Shown: positions 34,942 to 45,034 of the stretch, one piece after another
Position numbering within the stretch: the stretch's first letter is position 1
Layout of the letters: every line of letters begins with the position of its first letter
Assembly: GCA_937924035.1 (NCBI GenBank)
Contig: CALDTK010000083.1
Coordinates: forward strand, 8,116-72,115
DNA from: an uncultured Saprospiraceae bacterium
GTDB taxonomy: Bacteria > Bacteroidota > Bacteroidia > Chitinophagales > Saprospiraceae
Direction: 5' to 3'
DNA length: 64,000 bases
Program-made: the position numbers and the translations under genes
Notes under the pieces: generated by a model
Seen by the model: only the letters and a program-made list of their open reading frames with translations
What the model was told of the DNA's origin: nothing
Database searches by the model: none

Positions 34942-36419
34942 TGATGGCTCTCTTGAACTTAGTTGCTTTAGGGAAGCGATCTATCAGCGTAATTGTATCT
35001 GTGACTCTATTGTGCTCCAGTTCAACAGTAAGCGCATCGGATGTGGCGTCTTACACCAATACATGGATGGGTTACCTGTGTCTGTTGATTTTTGTCGGTG
35101 CCTATGTGCTTGTCATTGCTGAAGAATCGTTGCATCTGCGCAAATCTAAACCAATGATGGTAGCTGCCGGTGCAATCTGGATTCTGGTCGCTATCTCCGT
35201 ATCCCAACACTCTGACCCCGCATTAGCCAGCAAGGCCGTTAGCCACAACTTGATGGAGTTTGGCGAGCTGTTCCTGTTCTTACTGGTTGCGATGACCTAT
35301 ATCAACGCCATGGATGAGCGCGGTGTATTTGATGTGTTGCGTAGCTGGTTAATATCGCAGGGTTTTTCCCTGCGCACCATCTTCTGGATAACCGGCGGCT
35401 TGGCGTTTGTGATCTCCCCCATTGCTGACAACCTGACTACAGCGCTGCTGATGGCAACAGTGGCTATGGCGGTAGGGGGCAATAATAAGAAATTCGTCAC
35501 AGTTGCCTGTATCAATATTGTAGTGGCTGCTAATGCGGGTGGCGCGTTCAGTCCTTTTGGTGATATCACTACGCTCATGGTTTGGCAAAAAGGTATATTG
35601 CCGTTTCAAACGTTTTTCAAACTGATCCTGCCCTCATTGGTCAATTGGCTTGTACCGGCAGTAATCATGTTTACTGTTGTGCCGCGTGGAAAACCTGAAA
35701 TCGAAGATGACGCAGCGAATTTGCATCCCGGGGGCATTGCCATCAGTCTGTTGTTCCTGTTAACAATTGCGATGGCGGTGTCATCGCATAACTTCCTGCA
35801 CATGCCACCCGTGCTTGGGATGTTACTGGGGCTCGGCTTTCTTAAAATCTACTCGCACTTTCTACAAAAGCGCGACGAGAGTTTTCCTGAGCCTGCGTAT
35901 TCCAATTTTTCAGAGCACGCACTAAATGTTGAGTCCGCAGATGCGCATACTCCAAGAGTTAAGACAGCACCGTTCGATATTTTTCGATCGCTTGAACGTG
36001 CCGAGTGGGACACTTTAATGTTTTTCTATGGCATCATCCTTTGCGTGGGTGGCTTGGGAACGCTAGGTTACTTGGAATTAGTATCGAATGTCATGTATGG
36101 GGGGCTCGGTGCTACATTTGCTAATATATCCGTGGGATTTTTGTCGGCGCTAATTGATAATATCCCGGTTATGTTTGCTGTGCTGTCGATGTTGCCGGAA
36201 ATGGATGAGGGCCAGTGGCTGTTGGTAACACTGACGGCAGGCGTGGGTGGATCGATGCTGTCTATTGGTTCAGCTGCCGGTGTGGCTGTTATGGGGCAGG
36301 CGCGTGGAACTTATACCTTTTTCGCTCACTTAAAGTGGTCCTGGGCGGTGTTACTGGGCTACATCGCGAGTATAGCAGTGCATTTCTGGGTGAACGCTGC
36401 GCTATTTGACTCTGTGTAG
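34941..36419 (+). CDS. nhaD: NhaD-family Na+/H+ antiporter (canonical motifs)
   Basis: ATG at 34941 overlaps the previous stop (TAATG). Motifs SPIADNLTTALLM, FGDITTLMVW, SALIDNIPVM, GSMLSIGSAAGVAVMGQARG. The track start at 34746 lies inside the upstream gene. Confidence 0.85.
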   Translation: MMALLNLVALGKRSISVIVSVTLLCSSSTVSASDVASYTNTWMGYLCLLIFVGAYVLVIAEESLHLRKSKPMMVAAGAIWILVAISVSQHSDPALASKAVSHNLMEFGELFLFLLVAMTYINAMDERGVFDVLRSWLISQGFSLRTIFWITGGLAFVISPIADNLTTALLMATVAMAVGGNNKKFVTVACINIVVAANAGGAFSPFGDITTLMVWQKGILPFQTFFKLILPSLVNWLVPAVIMFTVVPRGKPEIEDDAANLHPGGIAISLLFLLTIAMAVSSHNFLHMPPVLGMLLGLGFLKIYSHFLQKRDESFPEPAYSNFSEHALNVESADAHTPRVKTAPFDIFRSLERAEWDTLMFFYGIILCVGGLGTLGYLELVSNVMYGGLGATFANISVGFLSALIDNIPVMFAVLSMLPEMDEGQWLLVTLTAGVGGSMLSIGSAAGVAVMGQARGTYTFFAHLKWSWAVLLGYIASIAVHFWVNAALFDSV

Positions 36420-36584
36420 AGTTGTCTCTTTGTTGCTAGCTGTTCGATTTAATAGTCAGTGAGACCAGATTTTGATGCTCTTCAATGGCAACCTAATCAA
36501 TCTTAAAATAAATCCACTGTACGGTTGGGTTGCGTGTTTTTATCTACCGTGTGACATAGCCTCGATGCAATCAAGAGAACGATA

Positions 36585-38921
36585 TTGCGTTTAACTATAT
36601 ATTTTTTCTTGATTTCAACGTTGGCAGTGAGTGCTGTTCAGATTATGAGCAAGCCTTTAAGCGCTCAACCGTTATTGAAAAATGCTACTGATGACACTGA
36701 CGATACCGATCTTGTAAACAACCTCATGTCGGCAGCGCAAGACCGTGGGATGCGTATTATTGTCATTGATGGTGTGAAGAGTATCGGCAATTCCAATACC
36801 ACAAATGAAGGACGTAACTCCGCGGCCGACTACCCTGATTTAATGAAAGCTCAGACCGAATTTATTAAATTTCGCGAGATTCTCAAGAACACCTATTACG
36901 GATTGCCAGACTCGATTGAATCAGCGATTGAATCGATAAGGTATAAGAGTCCATCGGGCGACCTGCATTCATTTATCAGGGCTTTGTACTGGTCGGCTCT
37001 GTTGTTACTGGTAGGTGCACTAGTTGAGCGACAGATTTATATCAAGCGGGTCGTTGAGCGCTGGCTGGCCCCTGACCTAAAGACTAACCCTGTTGGCTAT
37101 GTTGACAAAGTGCCTCTTCTCGTAAAGCGTGGGTTACTGAAAGTAATTGGTGTTATTTTGTCAATGATGGTGGCCTATGTGATTGGTTCAACGCTGTTTC
37201 CGGGTACACCGCCGGAGTCCATTCAATACACTATTGCCATCGTTTACATTAGCTACGCCGCTAGTCGCTTAGTCGCTCTGGTGTTGCGAATGATACTGGT
37301 TCCCAATTTAAATCAATATCGAATTCCTCGTCTTTCGGATAGAGATGCGTCCCAACTTTACTATTGGCTATGGGCTGTATTCACATTCAATATTGTCGCG
37401 GTGATGTTTAGTGTCTGGGTTGATGAAATGGGTGAGAATAATGCCGTAAATGCAGCGATTGCTTCATTTCTTGGTGCGCTTGTCGCTTTGTCAAATATCG
37501 TTCTTGTGATCGTCAATCGTGTTCCTATATCCAAAGCTATGCGTAGCGGAAAAAAAGCTAACAATACAAGCCCCATGATTCGACTGATCTCTGGTGCCTG
37601 GTTGCCTGTGGTCATTGTCTATTTTATATACTCTTGGCTTGAGATGTCATTTCGCTTGGTCTTGAGTAAGCCGATGTCAGCGCCGTTGATTGCTGGTGCT
37701 TATGTCATTCTGATTTCCATCGTTGTTGTATACGGTTTAATTAACTACTTCATCGAGCGTATTTTTCAACGCGAGAAGCGTTATGTGTTGATGGAGCCAG
37801 AGTTGTCGGAATCAGAACAGCAGAAGAAAGAGCAGGATTATTTGGAAAACAGTGCGATTGATAACGCAATACTTGTCCATCATCCACTGGCAACATTCGA
37901 GGATTTAGCTAGGCGAATATCGGGCATTCTGTCTCTCATCGTGGGCATTTTGGCGCTTACAAAAATATGGAAGATCGACAATTCCCTGATGCATGCGACC
38001 GGTGCGCGTACTGTAGTGAATATTGTTGCGATTCTCTTTATCGGCTATATCGTTTATCACGTTGTACGCATTTGGATAGACCATAAAATACATCAAGAGG
38101 GGGGGGTGGTGGTGGCCTTGGGCGACGAAGGCGGTGCTTCAGGAGCAAGTCGTCTGGCTACGTTACTACCACTATTTAGAAATTTCATGCTCGCTGTGAT
38201 TTCAATGTCTATCGCCTTTAGTGCACTGCTTGAAGTAGGCATAAATGTCAGTCCGCTATTCGCGGGCGCCGGGGTAATAGGCCTCGCCATTGGTTTCGGC
38301 GCACAAACGTTGGTGCGCGATATATTTTCTGGTGCGTTCTACTTATTTGATGATGCGTTCAGGCGGGGCGAGTATGTTGATATAGGGTCGGTGAAAGGCA
38401 CAGTAGAGAAAATCTCGGTCCGATCCTTCCAGCTTCGACACCATCTGGGTCCATTGCACACGATACCTTTTGGTGAAATTCAACATCTAACAAATTTTTC
38501 CCGTGATTGGGTTATGATGAAACTGCCACTGAGGCTTACCTACGATACTGACCCCGAACGCGTTCGAAAACTAATAAAGAAACTTGGTCTTGCCTTGATG
38601 GATGATCCGGAAATCGGCGATACATTTTTGCAACCGCTGAAATCCCAGGGGGTGATAGAAATGCAGGATTCTGCCATGATTGTACGTGTAAAGTTTATGG
38701 CAAAGCCGGGTGATCAGTGGGTTATTCGAAAGCGTGTCTTTCAGGAAATTAGGGATTTATTCCAAAAAGAAGGAATCAACTTCGCACATAGGGAAGTCAC
38801 TGTTCGGTTGGCGGGTGATGTGCCCGAGAATCTTACCGAACAACAAAAACAAACAGTGGCGGCGGCGGCTTTAGATGATGATATAGATGACAGTGGTTCA
38901 TCTTCAGTTGATGATAGATAA
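36585..38921 (+). CDS. mechanosensitive ion channel, MscS/MscK-type large family member
   Basis: TTG start gives a signal-like N-terminus. Many TM helices. MscS core (GAGVIGLAIGFGAQTLVRDIFSGAFYLFDDAFRRGEYVDIGSVKGTVEKISVRSFQLRH). Confidence 0.85.
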   Translation: MRLTIYFFLISTLAVSAVQIMSKPLSAQPLLKNATDDTDDTDLVNNLMSAAQDRGMRIIVIDGVKSIGNSNTTNEGRNSAADYPDLMKAQTEFIKFREILKNTYYGLPDSIESAIESIRYKSPSGDLHSFIRALYWSALLLLVGALVERQIYIKRVVERWLAPDLKTNPVGYVDKVPLLVKRGLLKVIGVILSMMVAYVIGSTLFPGTPPESIQYTIAIVYISYAASRLVALVLRMILVPNLNQYRIPRLSDRDASQLYYWLWAVFTFNIVAVMFSVWVDEMGENNAVNAAIASFLGALVALSNIVLVIVNRVPISKAMRSGKKANNTSPMIRLISGAWLPVVIVYFIYSWLEMSFRLVLSKPMSAPLIAGAYVILISIVVVYGLINYFIERIFQREKRYVLMEPELSESEQQKKEQDYLENSAIDNAILVHHPLATFEDLARRISGILSLIVGILALTKIWKIDNSLMHATGARTVVNIVAILFIGYIVYHVVRIWIDHKIHQEGGVVVALGDEGGASGASRLATLLPLFRNFMLAVISMSIAFSALLEVGINVSPLFAGAGVIGLAIGFGAQTLVRDIFSGAFYLFDDAFRRGEYVDIGSVKGTVEKISVRSFQLRHHLGPLHTIPFGEIQHLTNFSRDWVMMKLPLRLTYDTDPERVRKLIKKLGLALMDDPEIGDTFLQPLKSQGVIEMQDSAMIVRVKFMAKPGDQWVIRKRVFQEIRDLFQKEGINFAHREVTVRLAGDVPENLTEQQKQTVAAAALDDDIDDSGSSSVDDR

Positions 38922-39209
38922 AGATCATCATAATCGATATTTCGGATATGCTGGCAGCTCAAACGGATCCTTTCGGGACCCTATGTAGTCACCTGACCCC
39001 ATACAGCTAAAGAATGGGATAACATTATATTTAAGGAATTTCAGGACTTTCGAACAGGATAAAGAGTCCCAGGAGCAGTGGCGTTAAAATCCGCAAAGGA
39101 GCGTTAAGTCGAAAAGTTAGAAAGCAAGTGGCAAAGCACGATTCGGGCGTTGCAAACGATTGTCTAGATCTTCAAAAAAAAGTATTACCAATAATAGATC
39201 GTTCGAGCC

Positions 39210-39944
39210 ATGAGCTTAGCAATCGAAGAGCTCCCAGAACGATTGTCGATGAGTGCTGCTTGTCGTGTTCTTGTTCTCAATCGAAGTAGCGTGCTACAGT
39301 GTCGTAAAGGTTTGATCGGTGAAAGATCCGAGGAGCGTTCACGCAAGAATACGTCACAACCCAGAGCACCGAGTGTGAGCAGGTAGTGCAACTTCTCCCC
39401 CGCGAAGCTTACTGCAAGCAAACACCAACAGATGTATACCATGGCTTCTAAAACAAAGGGAACCACCGCCGTGTTCAGCCAGTACTATGTATCGAATAGT
39501 GCGAAAGAAAGGTAGTAACGGTGGACGTAGACAACAGCGTCCTGCACAACACCATATTATCTCGAGGCTTCAGGCGACAGAGCCTAATCAAATGTGGATA
39601 TGGGATATCACTAAGCTACCGTTGATTACCCAAGATGTGTACTTGTCACAGTATGCTGTTACTGATTTATACTGTCGTCTTATGGTGGCATGGATGATAT
39701 CAGCAAAAGAGAACAGCGCTTTACCATGCAGTTGATCAATAGAAATTGGTGTAGGGAATTCTATGATTGGTACAACTTTAAGCACCATTACAGTGGGCTC
39801 AACGGTCACACGCCAGAACAGGTATTTACCGGTAGCTATGCTGAGGTGTTTGTTATCAAGCAGGCCGCTTTAGATGAACGCTATTCGATAACACCAGAAC
39901 GTTTTGTTAATGGCTGCCCGAACGTAAAACTGTCACTGGCGTAA
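39210..39944 (+). pseudogene. decayed IS3-family transposase (orfB) split over three frames
   Basis: Fragments MSLAIEELPERLSMSAACRVLVLNRSS..., ...LQATEPNQMWIWDITKLPL... and ...FYDWYNFKHHYSGLNGHTPEQVF... match the HTH, DDE-core start and C-terminal parts of IS3-type integrase-like transposases. They are interrupted by stops and frameshifts. Confidence 0.75.
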
Positions 39945-40260
39945 GTATGCATCAAACGATTAGCGCAAAAGAAGGTGAGAGCGTTGACATTGATAGAGTC
40001 AATTTCCCCACGCTGACTGCTGCCGGGTACGCACGAAAAGCATGTTAATTAATTAACTCTCAGTACATATGAGATTGGCACGTACCACGTGCAACCAATA
40101 TGTATATAATTGCGGAGGTGATATTTTAGCGAACGCGAAAGACGTGTTTCGAGTGATCGGCCAAAGCTAACTGTAATTCTAGCTGCTTTATCTACAAATA
40201 AAACAAGGATCCACGGCTCAGGACTCAAATTCAAATTGCATAACAATGGCGGTGTAAAAA

Positions 40261-40545
40261 TTATTTTGCTTTTTGGTTTTCTAGCGCTTTGGCCGTGATT
40301 TGCTGATACAGGCTCGACACCTGCGCGATCAGGGTTTCAAATTCTGAATGCTTTTCAGCAAAGTGTTGTCCACTTTTGGCTTCTTCAATTGAGTCTTCAA
40401 GCAACCGTATTGCCGAGTCACTAAGTAGACCTCCTCCGTCAACATGTTTCTTCATTTCAATCAGGGCAGGCAAACGCTGGTTGTTAAATCGGTCAAGCAC
40501 TGCCTTAACCACCCCTTGCTCCTTTTTTGTTAGTTGGCTTTTCAT
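40261..40545 (-). CDS. hypothetical small helical protein
   Basis: 94-aa ORF with charged, helical composition. No family recognised. Confidence 0.4.
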   Translation of the reverse strand: MKSQLTKKEQGVVKAVLDRFNNQRLPALIEMKKHVDGGGLLSDSAIRLLEDSIEEAKSGQHFAEKHSEFETLIAQVSSLYQQITAKALENQKAK

Positions 40546-40681
40546 AGTGAATGTGATCCTTGATTAAGTGTGAAATGAATGAACAATTTTTCAGAGCAAC
40601 AGTAGTTATTCTAAAGTGCTTATAGATATGGCGCTACCCTTATAATAACGATGTCATAGTTGGTCGGTTAATGTTAAATAG

Positions 40682-40735
40682 CAATATATCCGATTTTGTT
40701 CTGTTTTTGTCCCTGTTGTCGTTCACGTTTTTTTT
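40682..40735 (+). promoter_or_regulatory. conserved pyrimidine-rich intergenic motif, copy A (upstream of the yfcC-arc operon)
   Basis: CAATATATCCGATTTTGTTCTGTTTTTGTCCCTGTTGTCGTTCACGTTTTTTTT. Closely matches 47722..47765. TGTYC pentamers at 40697 and 40708 (11-nt phasing) and TGTTG at 40714. Confidence 0.5.
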
Positions 40736-40906
40736 GTGGCAAATTATTCTGAACTTCGATCGCGGTTATTTTGTAAGTTGGGTTTTCAGCTGGATTAAAC
40801 GATTTCAGTAGATAACTGGATGCATTGAATAACACTGCCGAGCACGCCGATTAGTTTGATAGATTGAGTTAAATTAATAAGCCGGCTCAATGAATGAGGA
40901 TGAGTT

Positions 40907-42358
40907 ATGGATGTTCAATCAGAGCCCTCCGAAATAGCACGTGGATTCCAATTTCCGACTGCCTACACGATTCTTTTTTTTCTAATTGTTGTTGTTGCAC
41001 TTGGCACCTGGCTTATTCCCCCTGGGTCCTATGACAGGGTCGCCAATGAGGAGATAGGAAAAGAAGTTCCTGTTCCCGGAACCTATCATTCTGTAGACGC
41101 CAACCCACAAGGCATCGTTGATGTCTTCATGGCACCGATAGCAGGGTTTTACAATCCTGATACCTACGAAGCGTCTGCAATTGACGTTGCATTGTTCGTG
41201 TTGATTATCGGTGGGTTTTTAGGCGTGGTCACCCGAACAGGTGCAATTGACATAGGTATAGAGAGATCTATGGTTAAGATGGAGGGGCGTGAGAAATGGA
41301 TGATCCCAATACTGATGGCTTTGTTTGCTGCCGGTGGCACCAGTTATGGTATGGCGGAAGAATCTTTGGCATTTTATTCGTTATTAATCCCCGTAATGAT
41401 GGCCGCTGGGTACGATGCTGTAGTTGCAGTTGCGATTATTCTACTAGGAGCCGGTATTGGCACACTGGGATCGACTATTAATCCTTTTGCAACTGTGATT
41501 GCATCCAATGCTGCTGGAATCCCCTTTACTGATGGAATAGTTTCACGGTTAGTAATTCTTGTCGGTGGCTGGTTAACTTGTGTGTTGTATGTCATGCGCT
41601 ATGCAGCGAAGGTAAAGGCGGACCCATCGATCTCTCTTGTTTACGATAAACGTGCTGAAATCGAAGCGCAGTTCGCGAAGAAAACACTGCAAAACAACCC
41701 CGACGGACCATCAGGCGAGTTAACAGGCCGGATGAAAGCAGTGCTGGTAATATTTGCAGTAACTTTCGTGGTTATGATTTGGGGAGTTTCCACGCAAGAC
41801 TGGTGGATGGCAAGGATGAGTGCATTGTTCATCGCCGCATCAATCCTGGTTGGTATTGTTGCAGGCCTTGGTGAGAAGGTTTTCACCGATGCGTTTGTGG
41901 ATGGTGCGCGCGACCTCCTAGGTGTTGCTCTGGTCATTGGTATTGCTAGAGGTATTGTTGTGATCATGGATGCCGGTAATATCACCGATACAATATTAAA
42001 CGCTGGTGAAAGTACGCTGAGTGGTTTGTCCCCCACTGCTTTCATCAACATGATGTTTGGAATTGAGTTCGGTCTGTCCTTTTTCGTACCATCCTCATCG
42101 GGCCTTGCAGTGTTAACAATGCCCATTATGGCGCCGCTGGCCGATTTCACTGGAGTTGCCAGAGATCTGGTCGTGACTGCTTACCAGTCTGCAAACGGCC
42201 TGGTTAATCTTTTTAACCCAACTTTCGCGGTTGTGATGGGCGCTTTGGCTATCGGGCGGGTTCCGTACCAGCGTTGGTTGCGATTTGTGTTGCCTCTGGT
42301 AATTATACTCGCAGTATTGATCATGGCTATTCTTAGCGCGGCTGTCGCCTTGGGCTAA
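40907..42358 (+). CDS. YfcC/ArcD-type (ion-transporter superfamily) putative basic amino acid antiporter
   Basis: 483-aa multi-TM protein with YfcC-like blocks (FPTAYTILFFLIVVVALGTW, GAIDIGI, SSSGLAVLTMPIMAPLAD). First gene of the arc cluster. Confidence 0.7.
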   Translation: MDVQSEPSEIARGFQFPTAYTILFFLIVVVALGTWLIPPGSYDRVANEEIGKEVPVPGTYHSVDANPQGIVDVFMAPIAGFYNPDTYEASAIDVALFVLIIGGFLGVVTRTGAIDIGIERSMVKMEGREKWMIPILMALFAAGGTSYGMAEESLAFYSLLIPVMMAAGYDAVVAVAIILLGAGIGTLGSTINPFATVIASNAAGIPFTDGIVSRLVILVGGWLTCVLYVMRYAAKVKADPSISLVYDKRAEIEAQFAKKTLQNNPDGPSGELTGRMKAVLVIFAVTFVVMIWGVSTQDWWMARMSALFIAASILVGIVAGLGEKVFTDAFVDGARDLLGVALVIGIARGIVVIMDAGNITDTILNAGESTLSGLSPTAFINMMFGIEFGLSFFVPSSSGLAVLTMPIMAPLADFTGVARDLVVTAYQSANGLVNLFNPTFAVVMGALAIGRVPYQRWLRFVLPLVIILAVLIMAILSAAVALG

Positions 42359-42396
42359 TGAAATGAAAGCGCGTCATCACAGGAATATTTTATAAC

Positions 42397-43722
42397 ATGG
42401 CCGCCGCCGCACGTAGCCTGGGTTTGTGGGGTTGTGCAGCTCTTGTGATTGGCAACATGATTGGGTCAGGTATCTTTCTGTTACCCGCAACACTAGCGCC
42501 CTTTGGTTCTCTTTCAATTATTGGCTGGATCGCTACCTCTGCCGGTGCAATTTGCCTGGCTCTTGTGTTTGGACGGCTGGCCAGAAACTGTACTCGTACG
42601 GGCGGTCCGTACGCGTATACACGCGAGGGATACGGTGATTTCGCAGGTTTTATCGTTGCATGGGGGTACTGGATTGCTTTGTGGTCAGGTAACGCTGCTG
42701 TGGCGGTTGCTTTCGTCAGTTATGCTGCTTATTTTTTCCCGATGCTGGCTAGTAATAATGTTGCCGGGCTCACTCTGGCTCTGTTCGCTATCTGGGCGGT
42801 AACCATTGTAAACATACGGGGGGTGCAGGGCGCAGGACGGTTGCAGATAATCACAACCGTTCTTAAAATATTTCCGCTATTGTTGATTGTACTTTTAGGA
42901 TTTAGGTACTTTGATTCTTCCGGTTTGACTCCCATTAATCCCACGAATCAGTCTAGTCTTAGTGGTATTGTGGCTTGTGCGGCGTTGACTCTTTGGGCGT
43001 TTATAGGGTTGGAGTCGGCGACAGTTCCGGCTGGTGATGTCGTGAACCCCTCTAAAACCATACCAGTTGCGACGATCGTTGGTGTGGCTTTCAGTGCAGT
43101 AATATACATCGCCGTTACTGTCAGCGTTTTTAGCATTATGTCGCCACACGACCTGGCGCATTCGACAGCGCCGCTGGCAGATGCTGCCAGCTTGAAGCTC
43201 GGTGCTATTGGTGGTGCCGTGATCGCGGTGGGGGCGTGTATTTCAACATTTGGTACGCTTAACGGCTTTACTTTGTTGTCTGGTCAGGTCCCCTATGGTG
43301 CAGCACAAGACGGGATTTTCCCAAGGTGGTTCGATCACACTTCAACGCACGGCACGCCGACACGTGCACTAGTTGTATCAAATATTCTAGCCAGTCTGCT
43401 CATCGCAATGAACTTCACCAAGGGACTGGTTGATCAGTTTACGTTCATCATTTTGCTTGCAACACTTGCAACACTGGTGCCCTATTTGTTTTGTGCATTG
43501 GCCGAGATCATGATTTGGCTACGTAGCGGTGGCGACAAACTCACCAAGCCGGGAATGCCTGCAATTATCCTTGGGGGGCTCGCATTTTTCTATTCGTTAT
43601 GGGCTATTTACGGTGCAGGCAAAGAAGTCGTATTTTATGGATTCTTGTTGCTACTTTTGGGAATTCCAATTCACGTAGCGATAAAATGGTTTTCTCGTAA
43701 GAACACATTGGCAAAATTATGA
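42397..43722 (+). CDS. APC-superfamily basic amino acid/polyamine antiporter (AdiC/PotE/ArcD-like)
   Basis: 12-TM permease with N-terminal GNMIGSGIFLLPATLA motif typical of APA-family antiporters. Lies between yfcC-like gene and arcA. Confidence 0.75.
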   Translation: MAAAARSLGLWGCAALVIGNMIGSGIFLLPATLAPFGSLSIIGWIATSAGAICLALVFGRLARNCTRTGGPYAYTREGYGDFAGFIVAWGYWIALWSGNAAVAVAFVSYAAYFFPMLASNNVAGLTLALFAIWAVTIVNIRGVQGAGRLQIITTVLKIFPLLLIVLLGFRYFDSSGLTPINPTNQSSLSGIVACAALTLWAFIGLESATVPAGDVVNPSKTIPVATIVGVAFSAVIYIAVTVSVFSIMSPHDLAHSTAPLADAASLKLGAIGGAVIAVGACISTFGTLNGFTLLSGQVPYGAAQDGIFPRWFDHTSTHGTPTRALVVSNILASLLIAMNFTKGLVDQFTFIILLATLATLVPYLFCALAEIMIWLRSGGDKLTKPGMPAIILGGLAFFYSLWAIYGAGKEVVFYGFLLLLLGIPIHVAIKWFSRKNTLAKL

Positions 43723-43752
43723 TTATTTATATACAAGTACGGAGATATTTTT

Positions 43753-44982
43753 ATGACTGAATTTGGCGTTCACTCTGAAATAGGGAAATTGCGTAAAGTA
43801 ATGGTGTGTCAACCGGGGCTTGCACATGCTCGCTTAACCCCTGCTAACGCCGCTGAGCTTTTATACGATGATGTGATGTGGGTGCATCAGGCTCGGGTAG
43901 ATCATGCAGACTTTCAAGCCAAGATGGATGGGCGCGATGTCGAAGTTATAGAGTTTCACCAGCTATTGCTGGATACGGTTGCGATACCTGAAGCTCGTTC
44001 TTGGATTCTCGACCGACGTATTATCCAGAACAATGTTGGAGTCGGTATGCTCGATGAATTGCGCTGCTGGCTTGACGAGATGCCGTCCAAGGAACTGGCT
44101 ATTTTTCTAATCGGTGGTATAGCGGTACAAGATCTACCCTTTGCGCCAAAGGGAATGTTTGGCAGTTATCTAGGGCTTGATGGTTTTGTTATTCCTCCAC
44201 TTCCCAATACTCAGTTCACACGCGATAATAGTTGTTGGATCTATGGTGGTGTGACACTAAACCCTATGTATTGGCCTGCACGTCGACCAGAAACATTATT
44301 AGTGACGGCAATTTACAAGTTCCATCCCGAATTTGTCGACGGAGATTTTAAGGTGTGGTGGGGCGATCCAGATATTGATCATGGCCCGGCTACTGTCGAA
44401 GGAGGAGATGTTATGCCATGGGGTAACGGCAGCGTTCTTATAGGAATGGGAGAGCGTACTACACCTCAGGCAGTTGGCCAGATTGCAAAATCGTTATTCG
44501 CAAACGGTGTGGCGGAACGGGTGGTGGCTTGTCAAATGCCGCGTACTCGGGCAGCAATGCATCTCGATACAGTTTTTTCTCACTGCGACAGAGATGTAGT
44601 CACTGCTTATGTAGCGGTCTGTGACGAAATAGAGTGCTATAGCCTGCGACCGGGGGATAAGCCCGGTGAGATCGATTTCAGGAAGGAAGGAAAACATCTC
44701 TTTGAAATTGCGGCGGAGTGTTTGGGTGTGAAGAAGCTCAATGTTGTTCAAACGGGTGGTGATGATTATCAAAAAGAACGTGAGCAATGGGATGACGGCA
44801 ACAACGTTGTGGCTTTGGAGCCAGGAGTCGTGGTTGCCTATGATCGCAACACTTATACCAATACTTTGCTTCGAAAGGCGGGTGTTGAGGTCATCACCAT
44901 TCCCGGTGCGGAGCTAGGTCGAGGACGTGGGGGGGGGCATTGTATGACGTGCCCAATCTGGCGTGATCCGGTGGATTATTGA
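43753..44982 (+). CDS. arcA: arginine deiminase
   Basis: 409 aa. N-terminal [19 protein letters not shown]-terminal catalytic region [11 protein letters not shown], typical of ArcA. Confidence 0.92.
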   Translation: MTEFGVHSEIGKLRKVMVCQPGLAHARLTPANAAELLYDDVMWVHQARVDHADFQAKMDGRDVEVIEFHQLLLDTVAIPEARSWILDRRIIQNNVGVGMLDELRCWLDEMPSKELAIFLIGGIAVQDLPFAPKGMFGSYLGLDGFVIPPLPNTQFTRDNSCWIYGGVTLNPMYWPARRPETLLVTAIYKFHPEFVDGDFKVWWGDPDIDHGPATVEGGDVMPWGNGSVLIGMGERTTPQAVGQIAKSLFANGVAERVVACQMPRTRAAMHLDTVFSHCDRDVVTAYVAVCDEIECYSLRPGDKPGEIDFRKEGKHLFEIAAECLGVKKLNVVQTGGDDYQKEREQWDDGNNVVALEPGVVVAYDRNTYTNTLLRKAGVEVITIPGAELGRGRGGGHCMTCPIWRDPVDY

Positions 44983-45034
44983 ACCAACGGTCGTAGCTCA
45001 ATAGGGGATTTAACAAACAACTTGGAGTCACAAA

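Noticed and set aside
40049-40246. 65-aa minus-strand ORF between the IS3 remnant and the 94-aa gene
   Set aside because: No Shine-Dalgarno, no recognisable features, and it lies in IS-derived or junk sequence.
41641-42150. 169-aa antisense ORF inside the yfcC-like gene, and similar ORFs inside the APC permease gene (42729..43161)
   Set aside because: They are antisense to well-supported transporter genes and are shadow ORFs.
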